From Candidatus Melainabacteria bacterium (GTDB taxonomy: Bacteria; Actinomycetota; Actinomycetes; Mycobacteriales; Pseudonocardiaceae): DNA of 64,000 bases. Made by a program: the position numbers and the translations under genes. The DNA lies in the NCBI GenBank assembly GCA_963780635.1, contig CAWACW010000002.1, positions 24,667 through 88,666 of the forward strand, read 5' to 3'. Each line of letters begins with the position of its first letter. Positions within the stretch are counted from its first letter, which is position 1. Under the pieces are notes generated by a model. It had not been told where the DNA came from. It saw only the letters and a list, made by a program, of their open reading frames with translations, and did not search any database. Below, one piece after another: positions 29,563 through 38,439 of the stretch.

Positions 29563-30801
29563 GTGGTGTTGATGGCGCAGCCAGAGCTGCCGCCTGCGGA
29601 GATCGGACGTCGCGTCCGAGCGATCCGCCGGCGACGCGGCTTGAGCCTGGAGGCCGCTGCCGGTCTGGCAGGCATGAGCAAGCCGTACCTGTCCATGCTG
29701 GAGAACGGCCAGCGCAGGTTCGAGCGGCGCGGCTTGATCGAGGACCTGGCGCGCGCACTTGGTTGCGCAGTAACAGATCTGACTGGACAGCCCTATCTGC
29801 CCGCCGATCGGGACTCGGCCGCGGCGCTGGGCACGCTGCCTGCGATCTCGGTTGCCCTCTATGACGCTGACCTCGACGAGCCGGTCGACGTGCCAGCACG
29901 CGAAGTCGCCGAGCTGGCCCGTTGGGCGTCCCGCGCGAACGAGGACACCGCGAACAGTCGGTTCGCGGCGGCCGGCGCCGATCTCGGCACGCTGCTAGCC
30001 GAGCTGCACGTCCACGCCGCCAGCAGCGACACCGATACCCGTCGCACCGCGCTCGCCGCGCTCGTCGAGGCGTGCTTCGTCGCCTCCGGCACCGCCCGGT
30101 CGTTGGGCAACTTCGACCTCGCGGTGCACGCCGCACGTCGTGCCGAGGATGCCGCCCGTCGGCTCGGCAACCCCGCGCTGATCGGGTTCGCTTCGATGAC
30201 AAGCACCAGCGCGCTGTCCCGCCTGGGCGCGCGACGCCGAGCCCAGCGCGTCGCCTCGACGTCGCTGGCCGTAGTGCAGGACGCCGACCCCACCGCAGAC
30301 GACACCGCGGCCGCCGAGGCCGCCGGCATGCTGCATCTGTCCTCGGCGCAGATGGCGGCGAAGGACGGCCGCGGTCAGGACGTCGACGATCACCTTGGCG
30401 CGGCCCGCGAACTGGCCGACCGGACCGGCGAATGCAACTCGCTGTGGTTCAGCTTCGGCCCGGCGAACGTTCGGGCGTGGTCACTGTCGACCGCCGTCGA
30501 GCTTGAGCGTGGGCCGGCGGCGGCTGAGCAGATCGAGCGCGAACCCGGCTACGACACCGGCCTGACTACCAGAGACCGGCGGAGCGCCCTGCACTTCGAC
30601 CTCGCCAGGGCGTGGGCGCAGGCGGGCGGCGACCGGGATACCTCGGCGCTGCGGCACCTGGACCTGGCCGACCGGATCGCACCCCAGCGGATCCGCCACG
30701 ACCCGCTCGCGCGGGAACTCGTGGCCGAGCTGGACAACCGCGCCAGGATGAGGGTGTGGGAACTCGATAGCCTGAAAGGGCGAATCGGCGGTACCGGTTA
30801 A
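29563..30801 (+). CDS. XRE-family HTH regulator with long helical/TPR-like C-terminal domain
   Basis: IGRRVRAIRRRRGLSLEAAAGLAGMSKPYLSMLENGQRRF is a Cro/C1-type HTH. The 412-aa architecture is shared with the ORFs at 41851 and 54281. Confidence 0.85.
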   Translation: MVLMAQPELPPAEIGRRVRAIRRRRGLSLEAAAGLAGMSKPYLSMLENGQRRFERRGLIEDLARALGCAVTDLTGQPYLPADRDSAAALGTLPAISVALYDADLDEPVDVPAREVAELARWASRANEDTANSRFAAAGADLGTLLAELHVHAASSDTDTRRTALAALVEACFVASGTARSLGNFDLAVHAARRAEDAARRLGNPALIGFASMTSTSALSRLGARRRAQRVASTSLAVVQDADPTADDTAAAEAAGMLHLSSAQMAAKDGRGQDVDDHLGAARELADRTGECNSLWFSFGPANVRAWSLSTAVELERGPAAAEQIEREPGYDTGLTTRDRRSALHFDLARAWAQAGGDRDTSALRHLDLADRIAPQRIRHDPLARELVAELDNRARMRVWELDSLKGRIGGTG

Positions 30802-31122
30802 CAGATTGTAAACGTCCGGGCCACTACGGCTCCTAATGTCCCTCACGTGTCGACCGATGATCGTTCCGAACCCGGCGCCCTGCCGTCCACCCTCCGCCGA
30901 CACGTAGGACGCCGCCGTAGGGCGATCAGCCGGCACCCCGGGTGCGGCGGGCGGAGACAGGGTGTTTCTACCCTCATCGTGCCCGGGGCTTTCCAAGTGC
31001 ACATCCACTTTGGCCGGTCGCAATCGCTAACGCTGGTTTGCGCTCACTACGTCCCGGTGGGACGCCCGAAATCTAGTTGCATCACGACCACCACGACGGC
31101 CAGGTGGAACCGAGGACCACAA

Positions 31123-31368
31123 GTGCGTCGTTGCCTCATCGCGCATCGCACCGAATGGATTCAGCTGGACCGGCGACCTCGCCTGGTACGGCTGCTCGAC
31201 GACGCTGGCGTTGCCTCTGATCCGGGTGACCTGCCGGCCGTCTGCATGCGACCGGTGTTGATGCCCTCCGAGAACGTAGCCATCAACCACGACCGCGACG
31301 GAACTCCGATTCGACAGCGGGATCTGATGAGCGCGCTCTCAAAATTGCTGGGAGTATTAGTTGAGTGA
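31123..31368 (+). CDS. small hypothetical protein (81 aa)
   Basis: GAGGA plus GTG at 31123. The stop overlaps the TTG start of the methyltransferase by 8 nt. Only this 3' part of tracked ORF 30847..31368 looks coding. Confidence 0.3.
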   Translation: MRRCLIAHRTEWIQLDRRPRLVRLLDDAGVASDPGDLPAVCMRPVLMPSENVAINHDRDGTPIRQRDLMSALSKLLGVLVE

Positions 31369-32179
31369 CGACCTTGAGGATAACCCGCGCTGGACGCACG
31401 ACGGCGATATGACTTCTCCGAGCGCATCGCGCGTCTACGACGCATACCTCGGTGGTGGTAAGAACTTTGCGACAGACCGCCTGTTTGCCGCGTCCATTCA
31501 GTCGATATTGCCGGATGTTGGGGAGCTGGCTATCGCGAACCGCCGATTTCTTACACGCGCCGTAGAATACGCCGTCGGATGCGGCATCACTCAGATTATC
31601 GATATCGGCGCGGGTATTCCGTCGAGTGGCTCTACTCATCTAGCCGCTCATCGCCTCAATTCCACGGTTCGCGTTCTTTATGCCGATCACGAGGCGGTCG
31701 CGATTGAAGCGTTGCGGGCGAGTGCGGGCGGCGACCCACGCATCGGGGTGGTGAGGGCCGACGTGCGCGATGTGGACCAACTGCTGGGTGATCCTGTGGC
31801 GACTGCTCTTTTGGACCTCTCCGCGCCTGTGGTGCTCGTCATGGGCCTCTTGCTGCACTTCATACCCAATTCTGACAATCCGGCTCGCCTGCTCGACCAG
31901 TATCGGCAGGCGGTTGCGCGCGGCAGTGTCCTGGTTATCAGCCACGACACTGCGGACGGGCGCGAGCCAGAAATGCTGCGAGTGGCGCAGGCATACGCGG
32001 ACGCGGGTTGCCCGGTTGTCCTGCGCAGTCACCCAGAACTGGTGGCGCTCCTCGATGGCTGGGACTTGAAAGAACCGGGTGTCGTCCATGCCCCACTCTG
32101 GCGCCCGAATGCTGATGACTCCAGCATGAGCGACCCGAAATCAGCATGCGTCTATGCAGCCGTGGCGGTAGCCCCATGA
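31361..32179 (+). CDS. SAM-dependent methyltransferase, DUF574/Methyltransf_19 family
   Basis: Family hallmark ..ASRVYDAYLGGGKNFATDR.. and SAM motif IIDIGAGIPS. 272 aa. Confidence 0.8.
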   Translation: MSDDLEDNPRWTHDGDMTSPSASRVYDAYLGGGKNFATDRLFAASIQSILPDVGELAIANRRFLTRAVEYAVGCGITQIIDIGAGIPSSGSTHLAAHRLNSTVRVLYADHEAVAIEALRASAGGDPRIGVVRADVRDVDQLLGDPVATALLDLSAPVVLVMGLLLHFIPNSDNPARLLDQYRQAVARGSVLVISHDTADGREPEMLRVAQAYADAGCPVVLRSHPELVALLDGWDLKEPGVVHAPLWRPNADDSSMSDPKSACVYAAVAVAP

Positions 32180-32427
32180 AGCCGCTGCAGTCATCCGCCT
32201 TGATGATCTCCGAGCCTAACCATGACCACGCTGCCCGGCTTAATGACGCTCCTGCGAGCCTGAGCCAGGTAGCCGCCCCATGCAGCTGGAAGCATTATTG
32301 CGTGTACTTGGGCAAGGCGTGTGCTGGCTGCGGTCGGGTGTTCGACTCCGGCGAACTACCGGTCGCAATCGGCCCGTCTCCCCGTGGCCAACCGACGCGA
32401 TATCGGTGCCAATCGTGTCCCAAGTAG
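32176..32427 (+). CDS. small zinc-ribbon-like protein (83 aa)
   Basis: The ATG at 32176 overlaps the methyltransferase stop (ATGA). Cys pairs CAGCGRVF..YRCQSC plus CSWKHYC. Confidence 0.45.
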   Translation: MKPLQSSALMISEPNHDHAARLNDAPASLSQVAAPCSWKHYCVYLGKACAGCGRVFDSGELPVAIGPSPRGQPTRYRCQSCPK

Positions 32428-32778
32428 AGATAGCCCTCTTTTCGACCGCTACTGGACGAGAAGCTGCCATACGCGATCAATGTCCCGATCCGATATGCAT
32501 CCCGCCACGAGTCGTTGGCAACCGTGAACACAACCTGGAGACGAACGTGCGCTACACCTGTTGTTGGTGTCGCGGCAGGCTTTTGTGCGTTTGGTGCAAC
32601 GGTTGGTGTTGTGCCAGCTGCTGGTGGAAGGGCATCTGCCAGTGCTGCGAGGGTGAGGGCACCATGTCATCGCCCTGCAGCCCGAACCACTTGCACGAAC
32701 AGGAAGTCGCAGAAAGCAGTGTGCGGAACGATCCTGGCCTAGAGCCGGCCACTTCGGTCGACCAACGACCGACGGGCG

Positions 32779-33371
32779 TGCGATCAGCTATCGGTGCCAT
32801 CGCACTCTGTCTGGTCGTCGCTGCCGCACTGACTGGATGCGCCACTACCACCACCGGTATAGCCACGCGCACTACAAGCGGGCGTCCGGCCGTCAGGCAA
32901 CTGGCGATACCGCACGCACCGAAGGTTGTCCGGCCTCTCGACCCGTCCGCCATGGTGTCCGCACCGTGCACCTCACTAACCACGACCGAACTTGTAACTC
33001 TGGACGTCACCCGGCCGATAAGCGTTGCCCACAGCGCAACTGCTGGTACCCGTTGCACCTGGACGGGTGATTCCGGTGGCAGCGTGGGAGTGTCCTGGAT
33101 CTCCGCCGACAGCAACGGACTGTCTGACCTGTACGCACAACAGTCGATTTACGGATACTGGCAACCGACCTCCGTTGCCGGCTATCCAGCCGTGTATGGC
33201 GATCCGTTGGGTGATCAACGACCACACGGCGAATGTGTGCTGAACGTCGGGGCCAACGATCATCTGCTCTTCTTCGTTCAGTACGAGCGGCCGCTCGAGC
33301 CCGCGAAGGGTTGTCCGCTGGCGGCCTCGGCGGCGGCGGACGTGATCGCCAATCTGAAGGCGACGGCATGA
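32779..33371 (+). CDS. DUF3558-family lipoprotein (copy 1); the frame is open upstream to 32280 and includes a Cys/Trp-rich segment
   Basis: GTG at 32779 gives the lipoprotein signal MRSAIGAIALCLVVAAALTGC. The mature part carries the DUF3558 Cys pattern (PCTSLT..CTW..ECVLNVG..GCP). Alternative starts are 32664 (ATG) and 32547 (GTG with GGAG). Confidence 0.7.
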
Positions 33372-34393
33372 CGGTGTCGACGAGCGACGACGCGCGGGCG
33401 GCGGTCACGTCGCGGGTGATCAGCCTGCGACCAAGTTGGGGTCCGATTCTGATCGGACTTGTCGTAGCGGTCGCGCCGCCAACTGGATGCGCCACCAGCG
33501 CCTCCGGTACAGCGACGCCGTCGGTGGCAGATCATCGCCAGGCACCACCACAAGCGCACAAAGTCCCGTCATCAGGACAAGCACCCAAAGTCCAGAAGCC
33601 ATTGGATCCGACCGCCATGGTTGGCTCCCCATGCACATCTCTGACCATGGCCAACGTTCGCAACATCGGCATCGGCAGTGCGATGGCGAAAACCGACAAG
33701 GACACTCTCGGAAGCGGCTGCACGTGGGCAGGCGAGAGCGACGGCATCCTGAACATCAACTGGGAAACCATCAACAAGCGCGGGCTCGGCGATCTGTACA
33801 GCAACCAGTCCTCTTTCGCCTACTGGATCTCGACGACTCTCGGTGGATATCCGGGCGTGTACGCGGATCCAACCAGCGATGAGCGAGCGGCTGGCGACTG
33901 CCTGCTGAACGTCGGAGTTAACGCCCGCCTGACGTTCTTCATTGAATACAGCGACCCCCTGGAGCCGGATCTTGGGTGCCAGACCGCGGCGACAGCGGCA
34001 GCTGACGTGATCACCAATCTGAAGGCCGCACGCGTGATGGCGTTGATGACACCGCAAGTGACCCGTGCGAACTTCCACACCCTGGCCAGACGGACGCGAG
34101 GCTTCGCGCTCGCGCAGCCCAGGGCGCACGACTTGTACGACTGCTATCAGGGCGTCAGGGCTCGGTCCCTATGGAAGTTGGCCAATGGCATCCAGTCCGG
34201 GTGGCGCACTGATGCTGCCGACGCTGCGGGTCCGAGGTTGCCTCCTCTCGCCGTGAACCTGTTTCGCTGCCGGAACAACTCGCCCAACCGTCCAAGATCT
34301 GATCTCGCTTCAGGTCGTGAGATTCCATACCGCGGTGACCGAGTTGGTCTCATCCTGCACATCCGATCGCAGTTCACTAGTGGAGCATCGTGA
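33368..34393 (+). CDS. DUF3558-family lipoprotein (copy 2); 3' end uncertain
   Basis: The ATG at 33368 overlaps the copy-1 stop (ATGA). Lipobox PPTGC, and the same Cys pattern (PCTSLT..CTW..DCLLNVG..GCQ). Homology to copy 1 ends at ..DVITNLKAA (about 34030), but the frame stays open to the TGA at 34391-34393, which overlaps the cvnA GTG. Confidence 0.65.
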   Translation: MTVSTSDDARAAVTSRVISLRPSWGPILIGLVVAVAPPTGCATSASGTATPSVADHRQAPPQAHKVPSSGQAPKVQKPLDPTAMVGSPCTSLTMANVRNIGIGSAMAKTDKDTLGSGCTWAGESDGILNINWETINKRGLGDLYSNQSSFAYWISTTLGGYPGVYADPTSDERAAGDCLLNVGVNARLTFFIEYSDPLEPDLGCQTAATAAADVITNLKAARVMALMTPQVTRANFHTLARRTRGFALAQPRAHDLYDCYQGVRARSLWKLANGIQSGWRTDAADAAGPRLPPLAVNLFRCRNNSPNRPRSDLASGREIPYRGDRVGLILHIRSQFTSGAS

Positions 34394-37038
34394 CGAAACA
34401 CGCCTCCGATCAGCCCCGGTCGCGCTGGAAGTTGCTCCGTCCCAACCAGGTCGTGTCGATCAAGAGGCGGGTCATCCGGGTCGCGCTCATCCCCGACACT
34501 GCGTTGATCCTGCTATGGGTTTTGGCGTTTCTGTATCTGGGCGGCACTGGCTTCTACGACCAGAAGGTGGCCAGCAGTGTGCGGGAGGTTTCGATCCCGG
34601 CTGTCACCGGGTTGTCGTCCGTAGAGACGGAAAGTCAGCTGAGCCAGGCGTACCTGGCCAACCGGCAGAGCGGCCTCCAGCGCTTGCTGTCGCAGCAGAA
34701 GCAGACCGACCGGGGGCTGTCCGCGATGCGGGCGGCCGCTGGTGACGCGTTGGCACATGCACCGCAGTCGATCGTGACCAGGATGGACACGCTGGTCGGC
34801 TACATTGACCAACTGCCCGACGTCCGCGGCCGCGTCGACGCCGGGATTGCCACAACGTCGGAGGTCGCGACGTTCTATGGCCAACTGCTGGACGCGGCGA
34901 CCGATCTGTTCGGCGATCAGGCCCGGGTTGTTCCAGACGCCTCCGTCGTGCCCGGAGCGATCGCTGCCACCGCCGTGTTCCACATCACTGACTTAGCCGC
35001 CCGAGCGGGCTCGTTGATCTCAGGTGCCCTGGCTGCGGGCAGACTCGACGAGGCCGACTACCTCGAGTTCGCCAACCTGGTCGGGGCCTACCACGCTCTG
35101 CTCAGCACGACCGCGCCGGACCTGCGGCCCGATGTCCAAATCAGTTACCGCACGCTCACCGGCACCGCAGCGTGGCGCGGCTTGGTCGCCGCAGAGGACG
35201 CGATCATCGTGCGCGGTCCGTGGTCGGGCGGAGTGCCGCCCGATCTGCCCGTCACTGCTGTGTCCTGGCAGAGCCTGACCGGCAGGGTCAACACCGCGCT
35301 GACCGACATGACGATCACCCAGGCCGACCAAGTCTCGGCGCAAGCCTTGTCCGACGGCAACCACCAGCTGATCGAACTGGGCATCGTATTGGCGGCCGCG
35401 CTGGTGGTGGTCGTCGGCTCGATCTGGTGGGCTCGGCGGCAGTCCACGCAGTTGGTGGACAGCGCACTGGTGACCCGGTTGGGCCATTTGCGCCAGGATG
35501 CCCAGGACCTGGTCGGCACACAGCTGCCCGCCATCGTCGAGCGGTTGCGCGCGGGCGAAGCGGTGGACATCGAGGACGAGCTGGGGAAACTGCGCTACGG
35601 CGCGGGTAACGGAGACGGCGAGGCCATTGAGGGCGATGAGATCGATCAGGTTGCCGTAGCCATTAATGACGTGCTTCGCCAGGCCGCTACGTCCGCTGCT
35701 GGCGAAGCGCAGTCCCGAAACGCGTTCCGCGTCGCGTTTCAGGGGATCGCGCGGCGCAACCTGCGTCCACTGTCCCAACTGCTCGCCTTGCTGGACAAGC
35801 TGGAGCACTCCGAGCAGGATCCCGAGTCACTCAAGCGGCTGTACGATCTGGACCACGAAGCGACCCGCGCCCGCCGCGGCGCTGAGAACCTGATCATCTT
35901 GTCCGGCGGCAGTCTGCACCAGCATCTGCCTGGGCCAATCCGGATACTGGCGATTCTGCGCTCTGCCATCTCCGAGACTAGCGACTACCGCCGTGTGAAG
36001 TTGACGGCGGTGCCCGATGTCGCCATCGCCCGGGACGCCGTGAAGGTCGTGATTCACCTGCTCGCGGAGTTGCTGGACAACGCGGCAACCTTCTCCCGGT
36101 CCCACGAGGTGCGAGTCAGCAGCAGGCAAGTGCCGAGCGGCATCATCATCGAAGTCGATGACTGCGGCGTCGGCATCAACCCCGAACGCATGCAACAAGT
36201 GAACGAGATGTTGGCCAACCCGCCCGAGGAGGACGTGACGGCCATCGGTGACGGGTCCCAGCTGGGATTCTGGGTGATCGCCTCGTTGATCAGGCGGTTC
36301 AGATTCAGGGTTCAGCTGCAGGACTCTCCCTACGGTGGCGTCCAGGCGGTAGTCCTCGTCCCCAACAAGCTGCTAGCCGGTACCAGCGCGCTCCCCGACG
36401 GGGCGGCGATCAAGGGCGTGGGCGGAGCTCACTGGGGCGCCCGCGCCCTCCCCGCGGCGGCACCAAGTGACTTGCACGAGCCGCCGACCGACGCCGACCC
36501 CGAGGCGACCAGCCAGATGCCGCCCATCGACACGCCGGAGGCGGCCGCGGTGGGCTCCCCTACCGCAGCCGATGCGCTGCCACGCCGGCAGCCGGGAATC
36601 CAGACCGGCAGGAATCCACACGGCAGCACGACGCAAGCCGGCCCGGCATCGCCGATAGCCCTCGCGGACGGCGGGACCAGCGGGCGGAACTGGCCCCCGG
36701 CTGAGAGCCAACGCCGGGACCCGGCTCACGCGCCGTCGGGGCCCGACGTGGTGGCGCCCAGCGGCACCCCTCGGTGGCCCACCGCCCACGAGGCGAATGA
36801 GCAGGCATCGGGCACGTTGCCTGCACTGCCGCGGCGATCACCCGGTACGCAACTGCACGACTCGCTCAGGGAGCAGCCAGCGGGTGAGCAGCGGATCGGC
36901 AGTGAGCGTGACGCAAGCGGATCCATGGCTCCAGTGGGCAGTCAGCTGTCGGCATTCCAACGCGGTTCGGTCGCCGGGCGCAGCGCCGGGGCAAACCACG
37001 AAGTTTTTCCGAGGACGAGGGCAGGCGAGGACGGATGA
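34390..37038 (+). CDS. cvnA: conservon sensor histidine-kinase-like protein CvnA (NIT/HAMP/HATPase)
   Basis: 882 aa with an N-terminal TM, a nitrate/nitrite-sensing-type region, a second TM, the N-box LLAELLDNAATFS, DDCGVGINPERM and a Pro-rich tail. It heads the cvnBCD genes. Confidence 0.88.
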   Translation: MTKHASDQPRSRWKLLRPNQVVSIKRRVIRVALIPDTALILLWVLAFLYLGGTGFYDQKVASSVREVSIPAVTGLSSVETESQLSQAYLANRQSGLQRLLSQQKQTDRGLSAMRAAAGDALAHAPQSIVTRMDTLVGYIDQLPDVRGRVDAGIATTSEVATFYGQLLDAATDLFGDQARVVPDASVVPGAIAATAVFHITDLAARAGSLISGALAAGRLDEADYLEFANLVGAYHALLSTTAPDLRPDVQISYRTLTGTAAWRGLVAAEDAIIVRGPWSGGVPPDLPVTAVSWQSLTGRVNTALTDMTITQADQVSAQALSDGNHQLIELGIVLAAALVVVVGSIWWARRQSTQLVDSALVTRLGHLRQDAQDLVGTQLPAIVERLRAGEAVDIEDELGKLRYGAGNGDGEAIEGDEIDQVAVAINDVLRQAATSAAGEAQSRNAFRVAFQGIARRNLRPLSQLLALLDKLEHSEQDPESLKRLYDLDHEATRARRGAENLIILSGGSLHQHLPGPIRILAILRSAISETSDYRRVKLTAVPDVAIARDAVKVVIHLLAELLDNAATFSRSHEVRVSSRQVPSGIIIEVDDCGVGINPERMQQVNEMLANPPEEDVTAIGDGSQLGFWVIASLIRRFRFRVQLQDSPYGGVQAVVLVPNKLLAGTSALPDGAAIKGVGGAHWGARALPAAAPSDLHEPPTDADPEATSQMPPIDTPEAAAVGSPTAADALPRRQPGIQTGRNPHGSTTQAGPASPIALADGGTSGRNWPPAESQRRDPAHAPSGPDVVAPSGTPRWPTAHEANEQASGTLPALPRRSPGTQLHDSLREQPAGEQRIGSERDASGSMAPVGSQLSAFQRGSVAGRSAGANHEVFPRTRAGEDG

Positions 37039-37466
37039 CAGACGGTGCCACTGCGGACGCGACCGTTGACTGGTTGCTCGACGACATGGTCAAGCAGGCC
37101 GCCGACATACGCCACGCGGCAGTGGTGTCCACCGACGGCATGACCGTCCTCCGGGCCGCGGAGCTGGCCCGCGACGACGCCGACCAACTTGCCGCGATCA
37201 CCAGCGGGATGCAAAGTCTCGCCAAACATGCAGGTCTGCACTTCGCCCAGGGCGCGGTCCGTCAGCTGTTCGTCGAGTTCGACCTGGGCTACCTCGTGGT
37301 GACCGCGGCAGGGTCAAACGCCTGCCTGGTGGTGCTGACCGAGCCGAAGGCCGAACTCGGCCAGATTGCCTACGACATGAACCGCATGGTGCAGCGAGTG
37401 GGCGAACATCTGGGCGTCGAAACGCGCGGCACGGCAGTCACCGCGCCGGACGGCCTGAGGGCGTAG
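37035..37466 (+). CDS. cvnB: roadblock/LC7 domain protein CvnB
   Basis: ..WLLDDMVKQAADIRHAAVVSTDGMTV..AAITSGMQSLA... ATGA overlap with cvnA. Confidence 0.88.
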   Translation: MTDGATADATVDWLLDDMVKQAADIRHAAVVSTDGMTVLRAAELARDDADQLAAITSGMQSLAKHAGLHFAQGAVRQLFVEFDLGYLVVTAAGSNACLVVLTEPKAELGQIAYDMNRMVQRVGEHLGVETRGTAVTAPDGLRA

Positions 37467-37470
37467 CCCG

Positions 37471-37839
37471 GTGCCCGGGCAGGAGAGGGGTTCAGACGCG
37501 GCGACCGATCGGTTGGTGCGTCCTTACTCGCTTGCCGGCGGGCGCACCAGCACCACCTACAGCGCACTGGATATCGCCACGCAGGTCATCCAATCCAGGA
37601 AGTTCTATGACCGGGCGGGCCTCGAGCCGGAGCACGATGCGATCATCGAGCTGTGTGAACAGCCGAGAGCGGTGGCCGAGGTGGCGTCCGCAATGGACAT
37701 GCCGTTGCTGCCAGCCAAAATCCTGCTGGAAGATCTGATCGACTGCGGGGCGCTCGAGGCGGGATCACGCGTGCAGGACACGTCGCCCGCGAACCTCGAG
37801 CTGATGGAGAAGATTCTCAAGCACTTGCGACAGCTGTAG
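37471..37839 (+). CDS. cvnC: DUF742 protein CvnC
   Basis: ..RLVRPYSLAGGRTSTTYSALDIATQV..AVAEVASAMDMPLLPAKILLEDLIDCG.., the typical DUF742 winged-helix-like sequence. Confidence 0.85.
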   Translation: MPGQERGSDAATDRLVRPYSLAGGRTSTTYSALDIATQVIQSRKFYDRAGLEPEHDAIIELCEQPRAVAEVASAMDMPLLPAKILLEDLIDCGALEAGSRVQDTSPANLELMEKILKHLRQL

Positions 37840-37850
37840 TCCAAAGGACG

Positions 37851-38423
37851 GTGCGTGTGATCCCTCAGCCGCTCAAGTTGGTGGTAGCCGGCGGCTTCGG
37901 CAGCGGTAAGACCACGCTGGTCGGCGCGGTGAGCGAAGTCCCGCCTCTGCGCACTGAGGAGGTGCTCACCGACGCCAGCGTCGGCGTCGACGACCTGTTT
38001 GGCATCGAGGATAAGTGGTGCACTACCGTCGCGCTGGACTTCGGTCGGATCACGATAGACCCGGAGCACGTCCTGTACCTGTTCGGCACCCCAGGACAGG
38101 ACAGATTCTGGTTCATGTGGGATGAGCTGGCCCGAGGCGCGCTGGGCGCGATCGTGCTGGTCGACACACGGCGGCTGGACAAGGGTTTCGCCGCCATCGA
38201 CTTCTTTGAGAACCGACGTATCCCTTTTGTCGTGGCGGTCAACCTGTTCGATGGCGAGTGCCTTTACAGCGTCACCGACGTCCGCGATGCGCTGCAGCTG
38301 GACGCGTCTGTCCCGATCGTGCGATGCGACGTGCGCCGAACCGAAGAGGCCAAGGTCGCACTGATCACCCTGGCCAACCTGGTGATCTCGCAGCTCAAGG
38401 CCGCCGCGACCAGCGACGGATGA
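37851..38423 (+). CDS. cvnD: small Ras/MglA-like GTPase CvnD (ATP/GTP-binding protein)
   Basis: KLVVAGGFGSGKTTLVGAVSE (P-loop), LFGTPGQDRF (DxxG) and VAVNLFD (NKxD-like). Confidence 0.9.
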   Translation: MRVIPQPLKLVVAGGFGSGKTTLVGAVSEVPPLRTEEVLTDASVGVDDLFGIEDKWCTTVALDFGRITIDPEHVLYLFGTPGQDRFWFMWDELARGALGAIVLVDTRRLDKGFAAIDFFENRRIPFVVAVNLFDGECLYSVTDVRDALQLDASVPIVRCDVRRTEEAKVALITLANLVISQLKAAATSDG

Positions 38424-38439
38424 CGGACCAGCCAGGTTT

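Noticed and set aside
30847-31368. Full 173-aa tracked ORF after the first XRE gene (candidate DUF397-like partner)
   Set aside because: The first roughly 90 codons are Arg-rich and lie in lower-GC sequence with no motif. There is no DUF397 signature. Only the last 81 codons with their own SD are retained, at low confidence.
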